Assembly (NCBI GenBank): GCA_965227275.1
Contig: CBDDFU010000001.1
Span: forward strand, 3,076,979-3,140,978
Length of the DNA: 64,000 bases
Reading direction: 5' to 3'
Source: Pirellulales bacterium
GTDB taxonomy: Bacteria > Planctomycetota > Planctomycetia > Pirellulales > JAEUIK01
The notes under the pieces were generated by a model. That model ran no database searches and was not told the origin of the DNA. It worked only from the letters and a program-made list of their open reading frames with translations. Numbering within the stretch: the stretch's first letter is position 1; each line of letters starts with the position of its first letter. A program made the translations under genes and the position numbers. Below, one piece after another: positions 26,835-36,102 of the stretch.

Positions 26835-28760
26835 ATGGCCATCGACCTCATCTTGGGAACTGCCGGGCATATCGATCATGGCAAGACGGCCCTGGTGCGC
26901 GCGTTAACGGGAGTGGATACCGATCGACTGCCGGAAGAGAAGCGACGCGGCATCACCATCGAGCTTGGATTCGCTTCGCTCGACTTGGGTGAATATCGAC
27001 TGGGGATTGTCGATGTGCCCGGGCACGAACGATTCGTACGGAACATGCTCGCGGGCGCCTCGGGGATCGACTTGGCGTTGCTGGTGGTGGCCTCCGACGA
27101 TTCGGTAAAGCCACAAACGCGCGAGCATCTTGAGATACTCCGCCTGTTAGATCTGCAAGCCGGTGTGATCGCAATCACCAAGTGCGATTTGTCTGAAGCC
27201 TCGTGGACCGACATGGTCGAAGAGGAAGTTCGCGAGTTGGTTGCCGGGACATTTCTCGCAGCCGCCCCGATCGTTCGCACCAGCACCGAATCAGGGCAAG
27301 GTATCGACGAACTGACGGAACAACTCGCCGTGGCCGCCAGCAAAGTAGCCCCTGCGCAGGGAGACCGCTTGGATGGCCCATTCCGAATGGCAATCGATCG
27401 CTCCTTCACCATGGCAGGGCATGGTGCGGTTGTTACAGGAAGTGTCGCTAGCGGATCGGTAGCCGTCGGCGACACATTAAGAATCGAACCCCGTGGGATC
27501 GATGTGCGTGTCCGCGAATTGCAGCACCACGACGAATCGGTCGACCGCGTGCAGCGCGGACAGCGGGCCGCCATGAACCTGGCAGGAACGCACCATACTG
27601 AAATCCAACGCGGGCAGGTGGTGGCCGCTTCAGGGCATCTGGTTCCCAGCCGTTTGCTTACCGTCGAACTGCAACTGCTGGCCTCGGCAACCCATCCGTT
27701 GAAGCACCGCTCTCGCGTCCGAGTTCACTTGGGTACGGCCGAGGTGTTGGCGAACGTAACGCTCTTGGAAGGTGATCAGCTTTCGCCAGGGGAAGTGATG
27801 GTCGCGCAACTCTTCTTAAGCGCGCCCGTCGTCTGCACTTGGCGACAACCCTTTGTGCTGCGACTGGTTTCTCCGGTGGTCACCATTGGCGGAGGGCATG
27901 TTCTCGACCCGAATGCCGCGCGTTTGAAACGCGAAAACCCGGAACTGATTGAGTGCATCAAACAATTGAAGTCGGGCGATGCCGATCGCCGCGCATTGGC
28001 GAGTGCATACTTTTTGGACGTGCGACCCTGGCAAGCCACGGACCTTGCACGTACCGCCGCTGTGACCGATCCCGAGCATGCGGTTGTCCGTTTGGTGGAA
28101 TCGGGCGAATTGAAGCAACTGGTGCTTTCTCCAAACCGCACGCAATTGGTTCACCGTCAGGCTTTTGAAGAGTGGTTGCAACGGGTTGAGAAAGCTCTGA
28201 CGCGACTGCACGAACTCAACCCTTTGCAGATGTTCATCGAGCCGGCTCAGCTCGTTTCCCGATTTAGCTATCTGGACGACCCACCCTTGGTGCAGGCGAT
28301 GTTGGACGAACTGCAATGCCAGGGTCGGATTCGGTTCGCGCCGGCCGGAGTGGCGATTCAGGGGCGTGGCCCACAACTTTCGAAAGGGGAAACTCAACTG
28401 TTGGAAGAGCTGGTCGAAACGTACCACCAGGCGGGCCTGCGTCCGCCGAGTGTGAAAGAAGTCCAGGCCGGGGTCTCGAAGAATCGTGCGGTCGTACCGC
28501 GACTGGTTGAGTTGGCAGCCTCCGAGGGTCGACTCGTCAAAGTGACGACCGACATGTATCTGCATGCTGAAGCTGAGCAGGGCATGCGAATCTCTCTGGA
28601 AGCGGGCTTCGCCAAGACGTCGGAACTGACCGTTGCGGAGATCCGCGATCTGTTGCAAGTCAGCCGCAAGCAAGCGATCCCACTGTGCGAGTATCTCGAT
28701 CGCATCGGTTTTACACGTCGTGAAGGTGACAAGCGGGTGCGAGCCGGGGTTGCCGACTAA
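26835..28760 (+). CDS. selB: selenocysteine-specific translation elongation factor
   Basis: GTPase motifs GHIDHGKT, DVPGHERF and TKCD are followed by long winged-helix C-terminal domains. The start is given at MAIDLILG. The ORF-track start 26826 is an equally possible alternative. Confidence 0.9.
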   Translation: MAIDLILGTAGHIDHGKTALVRALTGVDTDRLPEEKRRGITIELGFASLDLGEYRLGIVDVPGHERFVRNMLAGASGIDLALLVVASDDSVKPQTREHLEILRLLDLQAGVIAITKCDLSEASWTDMVEEEVRELVAGTFLAAAPIVRTSTESGQGIDELTEQLAVAASKVAPAQGDRLDGPFRMAIDRSFTMAGHGAVVTGSVASGSVAVGDTLRIEPRGIDVRVRELQHHDESVDRVQRGQRAAMNLAGTHHTEIQRGQVVAASGHLVPSRLLTVELQLLASATHPLKHRSRVRVHLGTAEVLANVTLLEGDQLSPGEVMVAQLFLSAPVVCTWRQPFVLRLVSPVVTIGGGHVLDPNAARLKRENPELIECIKQLKSGDADRRALASAYFLDVRPWQATDLARTAAVTDPEHAVVRLVESGELKQLVLSPNRTQLVHRQAFEEWLQRVEKALTRLHELNPLQMFIEPAQLVSRFSYLDDPPLVQAMLDELQCQGRIRFAPAGVAIQGRGPQLSKGETQLLEELVETYHQAGLRPPSVKEVQAGVSKNRAVVPRLVELAASEGRLVKVTTDMYLHAEAEQGMRISLEAGFAKTSELTVAEIRDLLQVSRKQAIPLCEYLDRIGFTRREGDKRVRAGVAD

Positions 28761-28820
28761 AAAATTGCCGTTTCCGGCATGGTACACTTAAGCGTGAAAT
28801 CACCACCTGCCGAGACCGCT

Positions 28821-30221
28821 ATGAATTCCGACGAATTGCGGAACATTCCCTCAGTATCCCGCCTGCTCGAAAGCCCGGCGTTGCAATCGCTGATCGACCG
28901 CGTGGGCCATCATGCCGTGGTTGGCGGTGTCCGACAAAAAATCGAAGAGATTCGAGAGCGGGTTCGGCAGGCCTCCGAGACCTACGTGCCGGCCTTGTCT
29001 GAGCTGGCCGATGAAATCGCGGAGAACATCCGTCGCGAGTCTCAGCCCAAGTTGCGACCCACGATCAATGCCACGGGCATTTTGTTGCATACCGGGTTGG
29101 GACGTGCTCCTCTGGCCAACGTGGCGATCGAGGCAATGCGTTCGGTGGCCGGCGATTACGCCAGCGTGGAATTGGATCTGGCCAGCGGGAAACGATCGAA
29201 ACGCGTGGTGGCCGTCGAGGGCTTGTTGCAAGAATTGTGCACCGCCGAGGCGGCTTGCGTCGTGAACAATAATGCCGGGGCAACCATGTTGGCACTCGCG
29301 GCGGTCGCCGCCGGGCGCGAAGTGATCGTCTCACGTGGGCAGCTCATCGAAATCGGAGGCAGCTACCGACTTCCCGATGTGATGGCCACCAGTGGAGCGG
29401 TGCTGCGCGAAGTTGGTACCACCAACCGCACGCATCTCGACGATTATCGAAAGGCGATCAACGAGAACACCGCCGCACTGTTGTTGGTGCATCCTAGCAA
29501 CTTTGTCGTCGAAGGGTTCACCAAGTCGGTCGAGCTAAAGGAATTGGTCGCTCTCGGCAAAGAACATAACCTGCCGGTCATCCATGACATTGGCTCCGGA
29601 GCGTTGCTCGACATGTCCGCGTTTGGGTTTCGCGATGAGCCGGTGGCTTCGGAGAGCATCCGCCAAGGGGCTGATCTGGTCTTGTTCAGCGGCGACAAGC
29701 TCTTGGGGGGGCCACAGTGCGGGATCGCCGTTGGTCGACGTGCGTGGATCGACCAACTTTCGAAACATCCCATGGCCCGGGCTCTACGGGTCGACAAGAT
29801 TACGTTGGCGGCGCTAGCGGCTACGCTGCGCTTGTATCGTCAACAAGAGATCGCACGGCAGGAGATTCCGCTGTTGGCTTTGCTATCGACTTCGGAAGAA
29901 GCACTAGGATCCCGTGCTCGGGCGTTGGCCCATCAAGTCAATGCCTGCGAGGGAACTCTTGTAGCCGAGGCGGTGTCTGGTGTTACTTATCTGGGCGGGG
30001 GATCGATCCCCACACAGCAAATGGGCACCTGGTGCGTTGCGATCGAAGCAAATGGAGGCCAGGCAGATCGCATGGCCACTGCCTTGCGAGTAGGTAGCCC
30101 TTCAGTGGTGGGAAGGGTGCAACAGGATCGCTTGATGCTCGATCTGCGAAGCGTTTTCCCCAGGCAAGATGCCGAACTGTTGCGGGCGATCACGCATTTG
30201 GCCCAGCCTCGGGCCGATTAA
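28821..30221 (+). CDS. selA: L-seryl-tRNA(Sec) selenium transferase
   Basis: It has the SelA-like N-terminus (NIPSVSRLL...LRPTINATGILLHTGLGRAPL) and the PLP-lysine context FSGDKLLGGPQ. Confidence 0.85.
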   Translation: MNSDELRNIPSVSRLLESPALQSLIDRVGHHAVVGGVRQKIEEIRERVRQASETYVPALSELADEIAENIRRESQPKLRPTINATGILLHTGLGRAPLANVAIEAMRSVAGDYASVELDLASGKRSKRVVAVEGLLQELCTAEAACVVNNNAGATMLALAAVAAGREVIVSRGQLIEIGGSYRLPDVMATSGAVLREVGTTNRTHLDDYRKAINENTAALLLVHPSNFVVEGFTKSVELKELVALGKEHNLPVIHDIGSGALLDMSAFGFRDEPVASESIRQGADLVLFSGDKLLGGPQCGIAVGRRAWIDQLSKHPMARALRVDKITLAALAATLRLYRQQEIARQEIPLLALLSTSEEALGSRARALAHQVNACEGTLVAEAVSGVTYLGGGSIPTQQMGTWCVAIEANGGQADRMATALRVGSPSVVGRVQQDRLMLDLRSVFPRQDAELLRAITHLAQPRAD

Positions 30222-30455
30222 TTTGGCGAAATTCATACGCCCTCCGTGCTAGATTTACGCAGTGGCGGGATGCCACCCAGGTGGGGCACCCGGCAGCCCC
30301 GAGATTTAGCCCAATATTTGCTGCTTTGCGGCGAACAATCAATACACTACAGGCAGGATGCGGAACTCATGGGAGATCGGCCGCGTCTGTAAGAGTGATT
30401 TACAATTTCGTCTTCTCGTTCGGACCTGTATCGCGAGCGAACAAAGGGCACGATC

Positions 30456-31064
30456 ATGGAAATTTTCTTTGGCGTCTGTGCGGTTCTTGGTGGAACGGTG
30501 CTGCTCTGTCAGTTCGTGCTTACACTTATCGGATTCGACACCGATGCCGACATCGATGATCTTGGCGGCGATAGTGCCGGCGATGTGGACGACGGTACCA
30601 GCCAGGAAGCGAGTCACGACGGTAGCGACGGTCATCACCATGGTGCGAACTGGATCTTTGGAGTCCTTACATTCCGCACGATCGTCGCAGCACTCACTTT
30701 TTTCGGGCTCACCGGGCTCGCGGGCAACTCGGCCGGCATGTCGGCCCCGGCCACGTACGCAATTGCCATCCTGGCCGGATTGGCCGCAATGTATGGCGTA
30801 CATTGGATGATGCAGGGACTGTATCGACTTCGTTCCGACGGCACCGCTCGCATCGAGCGAGCCGTGGGAAAGACCGGTACCGTGTACTTGAAAGTACCGG
30901 GTAAGAAGTCGGGCGTCGGAAAGGTGACGGTCAGCCTGCAGGGCCGCACCATGGAGTATCAAGCCATGACTGCCCAGGACGAACTTCCCACCGGGAACCG
31001 CGTCGTCGTGGTCGATGTCATCGGTCGAGATACGGTCGAAGTGGCGCCGGCAACCGAAGCCTGA
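30456..31064 (+). CDS. NfeD-family membrane protein (short form, C-terminal OB-fold)
   Basis: It has an N-terminal TM, an acidic His-rich linker, further TMs and a C-terminal beta-rich domain (GKTGTVYLKVPGKKSGVGKVTV). It lies immediately upstream of the flotillin gene. Confidence 0.7.
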   Translation: MEIFFGVCAVLGGTVLLCQFVLTLIGFDTDADIDDLGGDSAGDVDDGTSQEASHDGSDGHHHGANWIFGVLTFRTIVAALTFFGLTGLAGNSAGMSAPATYAIAILAGLAAMYGVHWMMQGLYRLRSDGTARIERAVGKTGTVYLKVPGKKSGVGKVTVSLQGRTMEYQAMTAQDELPTGNRVVVVDVIGRDTVEVAPATEA

Positions 31065-31178
31065 GCCACGTTCGGCACTCCGTCTGATAGACGACAGAGA
31101 CTTACTTGGAAGTAACCAGTAACAATCTGCCTCGCGCAGGAGATGCGCAGTGCAGTCAATAAAAAAGGGGAGAACATT

Positions 31179-32822
31179 ATGTCCAATGCAGCATTGTTCG
31201 CCGCACTTGACAACCAAACTCTTGTCTGGCTCGGCGCCATCGCGATTTTCGTTTGCATCGTGTTCTTCATCTTCGTTTCGCTGTTGGTCACCCGATACCG
31301 ACGCTGCCCCAGTAACCGCGCCTTGATCATCTACGGTAAGGTGCAAAGCGGTCAGTCGGCTCGTTGCATTCACGGTGGTGCTGCATTCGTGTGGCCGCTG
31401 ATCCAGGAATCGGCCTACTTGAATCTGGAACCCATCCAGATCGAGGTTCCGCTGCGTGGGGCGCTGTCGAGCGAGAACATTCGCGTCAACGTGCCAAGTG
31501 TCTTCACCGTGGCCATTGGGACAACCCCCGAGGTATTGCAAAACGCCGCCGTCCGTCTATTGGGGCTCAATACCACCGAAATCGAACAGCAAGCATCCGA
31601 TATCATCTTCGGTCAGCTTCGTCAGGTGATTGCCTCGATGATGATCGAGGACATCAACCGCGACCGCGATAAGTTCCTGGAGAACATTCAACTGTCGCTC
31701 GAGCCCGAATTACGCAAGATCGGGCTGGTGTTGATCAACGTCAATATGACCGACATCACCGACGAGTCGGGCTACATCGAAGCCATCGGGCAGAAGGCCG
31801 CCTCGCAGGCCATTCAACAAGCACGCGGCGATGTGGCCGAGCAGGAGAAGCTGGGTGAAATTCGCGTAGCCGAAGCCGACCGCGAGAAGTCGGTTCAGGT
31901 GGCCAACGCCACCCGCGATCGCGAGATCGGAACCGCGGACGCCGTGCGGACGCAAGCCGTCAAGATTGCCCAGTTAGAAAAAGAAAAGCAGATCGGTGAA
32001 CAAACGGCCGGGTTCGAACAAGAGTCACAGGTCAAGGATGCCGAACGTGACATGCGTATTCAGATCGCCGAGGCCAACGCCGTGGCGATTGAGGGTGAAA
32101 ACGAATCGCAGGCCAAGATTGCGGCCTCCCAGGCGGAGTTATTGGTGAAAAAGGCCGACGCCTTCCAATTAGGTGAAACCCGTAAGCGAGAGGCCGAAGC
32201 CGCCGTGCTCGAAGCCCAAAACCTCGCCATGGCCAAGGCCGCGTTGGCCGATGCCGAACGTGTGGAAGCAGAACGCCGTGCCGAGATGGAAGCTCCGGCC
32301 AAAGCCGATAAGGCCCGCACCGTGGTCGAGGCCGAAGCCGAAGCCGAGAAGCGCCGCATCGAAGCCGAAGGTGAAGCGTCCGCTATCTTTGCCCGACTCG
32401 AAGCCGAGGCCAAGGGCCAATATGAAATCCTGGCCAAGAAGGGTGAAGGTTTGCAACGCATCATCGAGGCTTGTGGAACCTCCGAGCAGGCATTCCAGAT
32501 GATGATGCTGGAGCACCTCGACAACCTGACCGAGGCTTCCTCGCGTGCCATCTCGAACATCAAGTTCGATAAGGTGGTCGTTTGGGAAAACGGCGGGCAG
32601 AACGGAACCAGCAATACGGCCAACTTCCTGCAGAATATGGCCCGTACGCTGCCGCCGATGATGCAGGTGATGAAGGATATTGGCGGCATCGAAATGCCCG
32701 AATCGTTGGCCAAGTTGCAAGGTGCCGACGATCAAGAAAACCATCGGCCGGCACCCGTGACACCTCCGACAGACATTGCGGAAGTGGACGACGAGTCGAA
32801 GAATGAGAATTCGCCGGCCTAA
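31179..32822 (+). CDS. flotillin-like SPFH/band-7 protein
   Basis: It has an N-terminal TM and an SPFH domain (IHGGAAFVWPLIQESAYLNLEPIQIEV), followed by long E/A/K/R-rich coiled-coil flotillin repeats. The start was set at MSNAALFAAL. The ORF-track start 31143 is the alternative. Confidence 0.85.
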   Translation: MSNAALFAALDNQTLVWLGAIAIFVCIVFFIFVSLLVTRYRRCPSNRALIIYGKVQSGQSARCIHGGAAFVWPLIQESAYLNLEPIQIEVPLRGALSSENIRVNVPSVFTVAIGTTPEVLQNAAVRLLGLNTTEIEQQASDIIFGQLRQVIASMMIEDINRDRDKFLENIQLSLEPELRKIGLVLINVNMTDITDESGYIEAIGQKAASQAIQQARGDVAEQEKLGEIRVAEADREKSVQVANATRDREIGTADAVRTQAVKIAQLEKEKQIGEQTAGFEQESQVKDAERDMRIQIAEANAVAIEGENESQAKIAASQAELLVKKADAFQLGETRKREAEAAVLEAQNLAMAKAALADAERVEAERRAEMEAPAKADKARTVVEAEAEAEKRRIEAEGEASAIFARLEAEAKGQYEILAKKGEGLQRIIEACGTSEQAFQMMMLEHLDNLTEASSRAISNIKFDKVVVWENGGQNGTSNTANFLQNMARTLPPMMQVMKDIGGIEMPESLAKLQGADDQENHRPAPVTPPTDIAEVDDESKNENSPA

Positions 32823-32890
32823 CGTCGAACCTGTGGCCTGGTGCTGCTGAGCGTCTGACCCTCGCTCGGCAGCCCAGTGCCCGGCTCGGG

Positions 32891-33316
32891 TTATCCCGCG
32901 GTCCGCTCATAGGCTTCAATCAGTTCCTTGGGCAAGGCGATCGGTCGTTTCCCTGCGAGGTCGAAAAAGCAGCCCTCCTGTTTTGCAATGGCCGCGGTGG
33001 CCGACTCGCTGCTGAATTCGGCGGCTAGAAAATAGCGAGCCCGGCTGATCGACTCGACCCACATTCGCCCGCTGACCTTATCGTGAATCGTCAGCGGTCG
33101 TTTGTATTGAATCTCCGTCTTGATGATCGCCGGCCCGATTCCGCTGCTGATTTGCGTCGAGATTGGTAAATGGGCTGCCAGGATGGCGAGCCGCATATCT
33201 TCCAACCAGCGGATATAGACGATGTTGCTCACGATGCCCGCGAAGTCGATGTCGTACGTCTTGACGTCGAATCCGAGATGCACCTCCAAGGGGCGCGTCA
33301 CTTCCTGTTCAGGCAT
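32891..33316 (-). CDS. hotdog-fold acyl-CoA thioesterase (YbgC/4HBT-like)
   Basis: The product is about 140 aa with a hotdog-type pattern. The start was set at MPEQEVTRPLEVHLGFDV. The upstream extension in the ORF track overlaps the neighbouring gene. Confidence 0.6.
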   Translation of the reverse strand: MPEQEVTRPLEVHLGFDVKTYDIDFAGIVSNIVYIRWLEDMRLAILAAHLPISTQISSGIGPAIIKTEIQYKRPLTIHDKVSGRMWVESISRARYFLAAEFSSESATAAIAKQEGCFFDLAGKRPIALPKELIEAYERTAG

Positions 33317-33354
33317 GGTGTGAATTCCTCTGGCGAGGGCGAATTCGGCGAGAT

Positions 33355-34029
33355 TCAAGGAGCCGGCTGTTGGTCTGCAACCAGAAGCGGTTCGATGATC
33401 GACGTCCACAGGGCATACCCTTTGGCGTTCAGGTGCAGCCCGTCGCCGATGAACAACTCTTCCCGCGGCTTTCCGTCGGCGCCCAGCATGGGCGTGAAGA
33501 TATCGATGTATTCCAGGTAGTCGTGCTGCTTGGTGTAGTCTTCGATTCGTTCGTTGACTGCCCGCATGCGGTCGACCAGCTTCCAGCGACTGATGCTTGG
33601 CTTGATGGCGATGTACATCAACCGGGTGTCGGGCAACGCCTCGTGCACGATGTTGGCGAACGTCTCGAAATCGCTCACGACTTCGTCGACCGACTTCCCC
33701 GCGGCGATGTCGTTGTCCCCCGCGTACAGTAAGATCGTTCGTGGTTTGTAGTTAAGCACGATTCGGTCCGCAAAGTGAATCGAATCGGCGATGTGCGACC
33801 CGCCAAACCCGCGATTCGTGGCGCCAAGCTCGGGAAACGATTGATCCAGGTTCCAGAAGCGTATGCTCGAACTGCCGACAAACAGAACGCCCCCTTCAGT
33901 CGGCGGGTTCGCACGGTCCTGCTCTTCGAATTTTTGAATGGCCTGCTCGTAGCGGTTTTCCGCTGAGGCCTGGCATGCAAAAAGCACGACCGCCATGCTG
34001 GCAAAGAGACAGAGCCTGAACAGTGGCAT
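33355..34029 (-). CDS. secreted SGNH/GDSL-family hydrolase
   Basis: It has a signal peptide MPLFRLCLFASMAVVLFACQASA, the block I motif GSSS, and a DGLH catalytic His block. Confidence 0.7.
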   Translation of the reverse strand: MPLFRLCLFASMAVVLFACQASAENRYEQAIQKFEEQDRANPPTEGGVLFVGSSSIRFWNLDQSFPELGATNRGFGGSHIADSIHFADRIVLNYKPRTILLYAGDNDIAAGKSVDEVVSDFETFANIVHEALPDTRLMYIAIKPSISRWKLVDRMRAVNERIEDYTKQHDYLEYIDIFTPMLGADGKPREELFIGDGLHLNAKGYALWTSIIEPLLVADQQPAP

Positions 34030-34192
34030 CGCAGTTTCCTCCCGAGGACCAACGTAGGGCCAGCGGGGCCCGGTAACGATCAATGAAGACCGTCAATTAT
34101 GCTTGGCTGAGGAAGCAGGGTCCAGCGTGGGGAAGAATCGGACTGCGCAGCGATAAGGTCGGTAGCAAAAAGGGCCTGCTGCCATCCTCACG

Positions 34193-35089
34193 CTATTGCA
34201 CGTTTGTTCCGGGAGGCGGCTCGGGCCCCGCGGCACGGCTGGCGGTTTTTGGCTCGTCGCCGAGGATCTTCTCGGTAAACCGTGTGACGTAGTGCATCAG
34301 GCTGGCGTCGCCTTGGGCACCGTGGACCCGTTTGTCGAGATCCATTTGCTGCGAAATGATTCGGCCCTCTTCGATGTGGAAATTTACGTTGCCCTTGGTC
34401 TCGCGCTGCACGAGTTGGGCTTCGATCACCGGATCGTGAATGGGGGTAAGAATCTGCGTCTCGACCGAGATCTTCGCGATGCCGTCGCGAACGGACAGAA
34501 GCTTGAAGCGTTGCTGCGTCTTGACTTCCTTCACCCGCCCGTCGTTATGGGCAACTTTTTCGGTATAAGGGAATTTCCATTCCTCGCCGACGGCCACCTC
34601 TTCTTCGGGCAAGAGAATCGTGACGTGGCTGCTTGACTGCACGGGACGGTCTCGCTTCTCTTCTCGTTTGACCGTTTCGCCAAGATTGTTGATGGTGATT
34701 TCCGACAACGGAATTCCTACGTCGGCGGCGGCTTGTTCGAATACCGCGGGCGGAGTCTCGTCGGTTTCACTGTTGTAGCGAACCTCCTGACGCCCGGTCA
34801 GCTTCTGAAACATATCGACGCTGGATACCAGGTGCGTGAAGGTGGCATCACCCTTGTTGTCGACTTTGGTTACTTCCCAGACCTTTACCGAGGTGGTTTT
34901 TGTTTCAGCAGTTTGTGTGGTGCCGGCCACGGTGTTGCGAACGGTCGCCAGGTGCTCGACCTCCCAGCGGACCTTCTCGCCGGGGGAAAACTTGTAACGC
35001 AGGAGATACTTCTGCTGGGGTTCGGCATCGTCAGCCAGGGCAACCTCAGGAACAAGGCAAAGTGCTACGGCCAGCGTAGCGCAACGCAT
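34193..35089 (-). CDS. secreted hypothetical protein
   Basis: The signal peptide is MRCATLAVALCLVPEVALA. There are no recognised motifs. Confidence 0.5.
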   Translation of the reverse strand: MRCATLAVALCLVPEVALADDAEPQQKYLLRYKFSPGEKVRWEVEHLATVRNTVAGTTQTAETKTTSVKVWEVTKVDNKGDATFTHLVSSVDMFQKLTGRQEVRYNSETDETPPAVFEQAAADVGIPLSEITINNLGETVKREEKRDRPVQSSSHVTILLPEEEVAVGEEWKFPYTEKVAHNDGRVKEVKTQQRFKLLSVRDGIAKISVETQILTPIHDPVIEAQLVQRETKGNVNFHIEEGRIISQQMDLDKRVHGAQGDASLMHYVTRFTEKILGDEPKTASRAAGPEPPPGTNVQ

Positions 35090-35162
35090 GGAGAATTTTG
35101 AGATGTGCATCCTGCTCGCTTCCTTTCGAGTCTGGATGATGGTGAAGGGTAGTTTGGCTTCG

Positions 35163-36053
35163 CTAATTTGCGTCTTGCGAAATGACTCTTCCGCCCCAGC
35201 CTAGTTTTTCGCGGAGGGTGCGGTAGTAGTTGTGTCCTTCGACATCGATCAGTTTGAATGACGTAGGTGCTTTGACCACCGAGACCTGATCGCCGGGCAG
35301 CACCGTACCCAACACTCGACCATCGACCACCACGGCTGCGGTGACTTCCGGGCTGGCAACCTCGAGCCGGAATTCCCTTTCGGCGGAATCCACGACCGGG
35401 CGAATCGTGAGGGTATGCGGACTGATGGGCGAAATCACGAAGGCTTGCAGGCTCTTGCGTAAGATCGGCCCGCCGGCAGACAAGCTATGTGCGGTCGAGC
35501 CTACCGGGGTGCTGATGATCAGGCCGTCGCAACTATAGGTAGTCACCAATTTCGAGTCAACGTAGAGATTTACGTCGAGAATCGTGAACGGCTCGCCCAC
35601 GCGAATCACGGTTTCGTTCAGTCCCAGATGTTCGGCAATCACCTTCCCGTCGCGATGCAAACGGCACTCGAACATCAAGTGGTCGACGACGGAGTACTTA
35701 CCTTCTTGAATGTTTGGTAGCACCGCATGCAATTCGTCGGGGGTTAGATCTGCCAGGAACCCCAGCTTTCCAAGGTTCACGCCGATCAGCGGTAGTTGTT
35801 CGTAACCCATCCGCCCGACGGCCCTGAGAATGGAGCCGTCGCCCCCCAGTACGATGACCATGTCGGCATCGACGCGATTGGGGTCTTGCTCGAATTCCAG
35901 GTCCCACAGAACGATGTCTGCGTATTGCTCAACGATCTGCCGAATACGATCGGCGTTGGCCATTACGTTGGGGCGATCGCCGGTGCCCAAGACGATGGTC
36001 CGTAGACGAGGCGAGCTCACGGCGTTCTGCGGTTTTGCGGGATCGGGAACCAT
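35163..36053 (-). CDS. nadK: NAD+ kinase
   Basis: It has the GGDGS motif (VIVLGGDGSILRAV) and NLGKLGFL. The start was set at MVPDPAKP (ATG 36053..36051). The longer ORF-track form would overlap the dxs stop. Confidence 0.85.
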   Translation of the reverse strand: MVPDPAKPQNAVSSPRLRTIVLGTGDRPNVMANADRIRQIVEQYADIVLWDLEFEQDPNRVDADMVIVLGGDGSILRAVGRMGYEQLPLIGVNLGKLGFLADLTPDELHAVLPNIQEGKYSVVDHLMFECRLHRDGKVIAEHLGLNETVIRVGEPFTILDVNLYVDSKLVTTYSCDGLIISTPVGSTAHSLSAGGPILRKSLQAFVISPISPHTLTIRPVVDSAEREFRLEVASPEVTAAVVVDGRVLGTVLPGDQVSVVKAPTSFKLIDVEGHNYYRTLREKLGWGGRVISQDAN

Positions 36054-36102
36054 GAGGTGATCATAGGTCCGCAGCCCTGGGGCATGCAAATCGGCCCGGC
36101 GG

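Noticed and set aside
26876-28787. Long minus-strand ORFs 26876..27574 (232 aa) and 27816..28787 (323 aa) antisense to selB
   Set aside because: SelB GTPase motifs are unambiguous on the plus strand. The antisense ORFs have no motifs and are Arg/Ser-rich.
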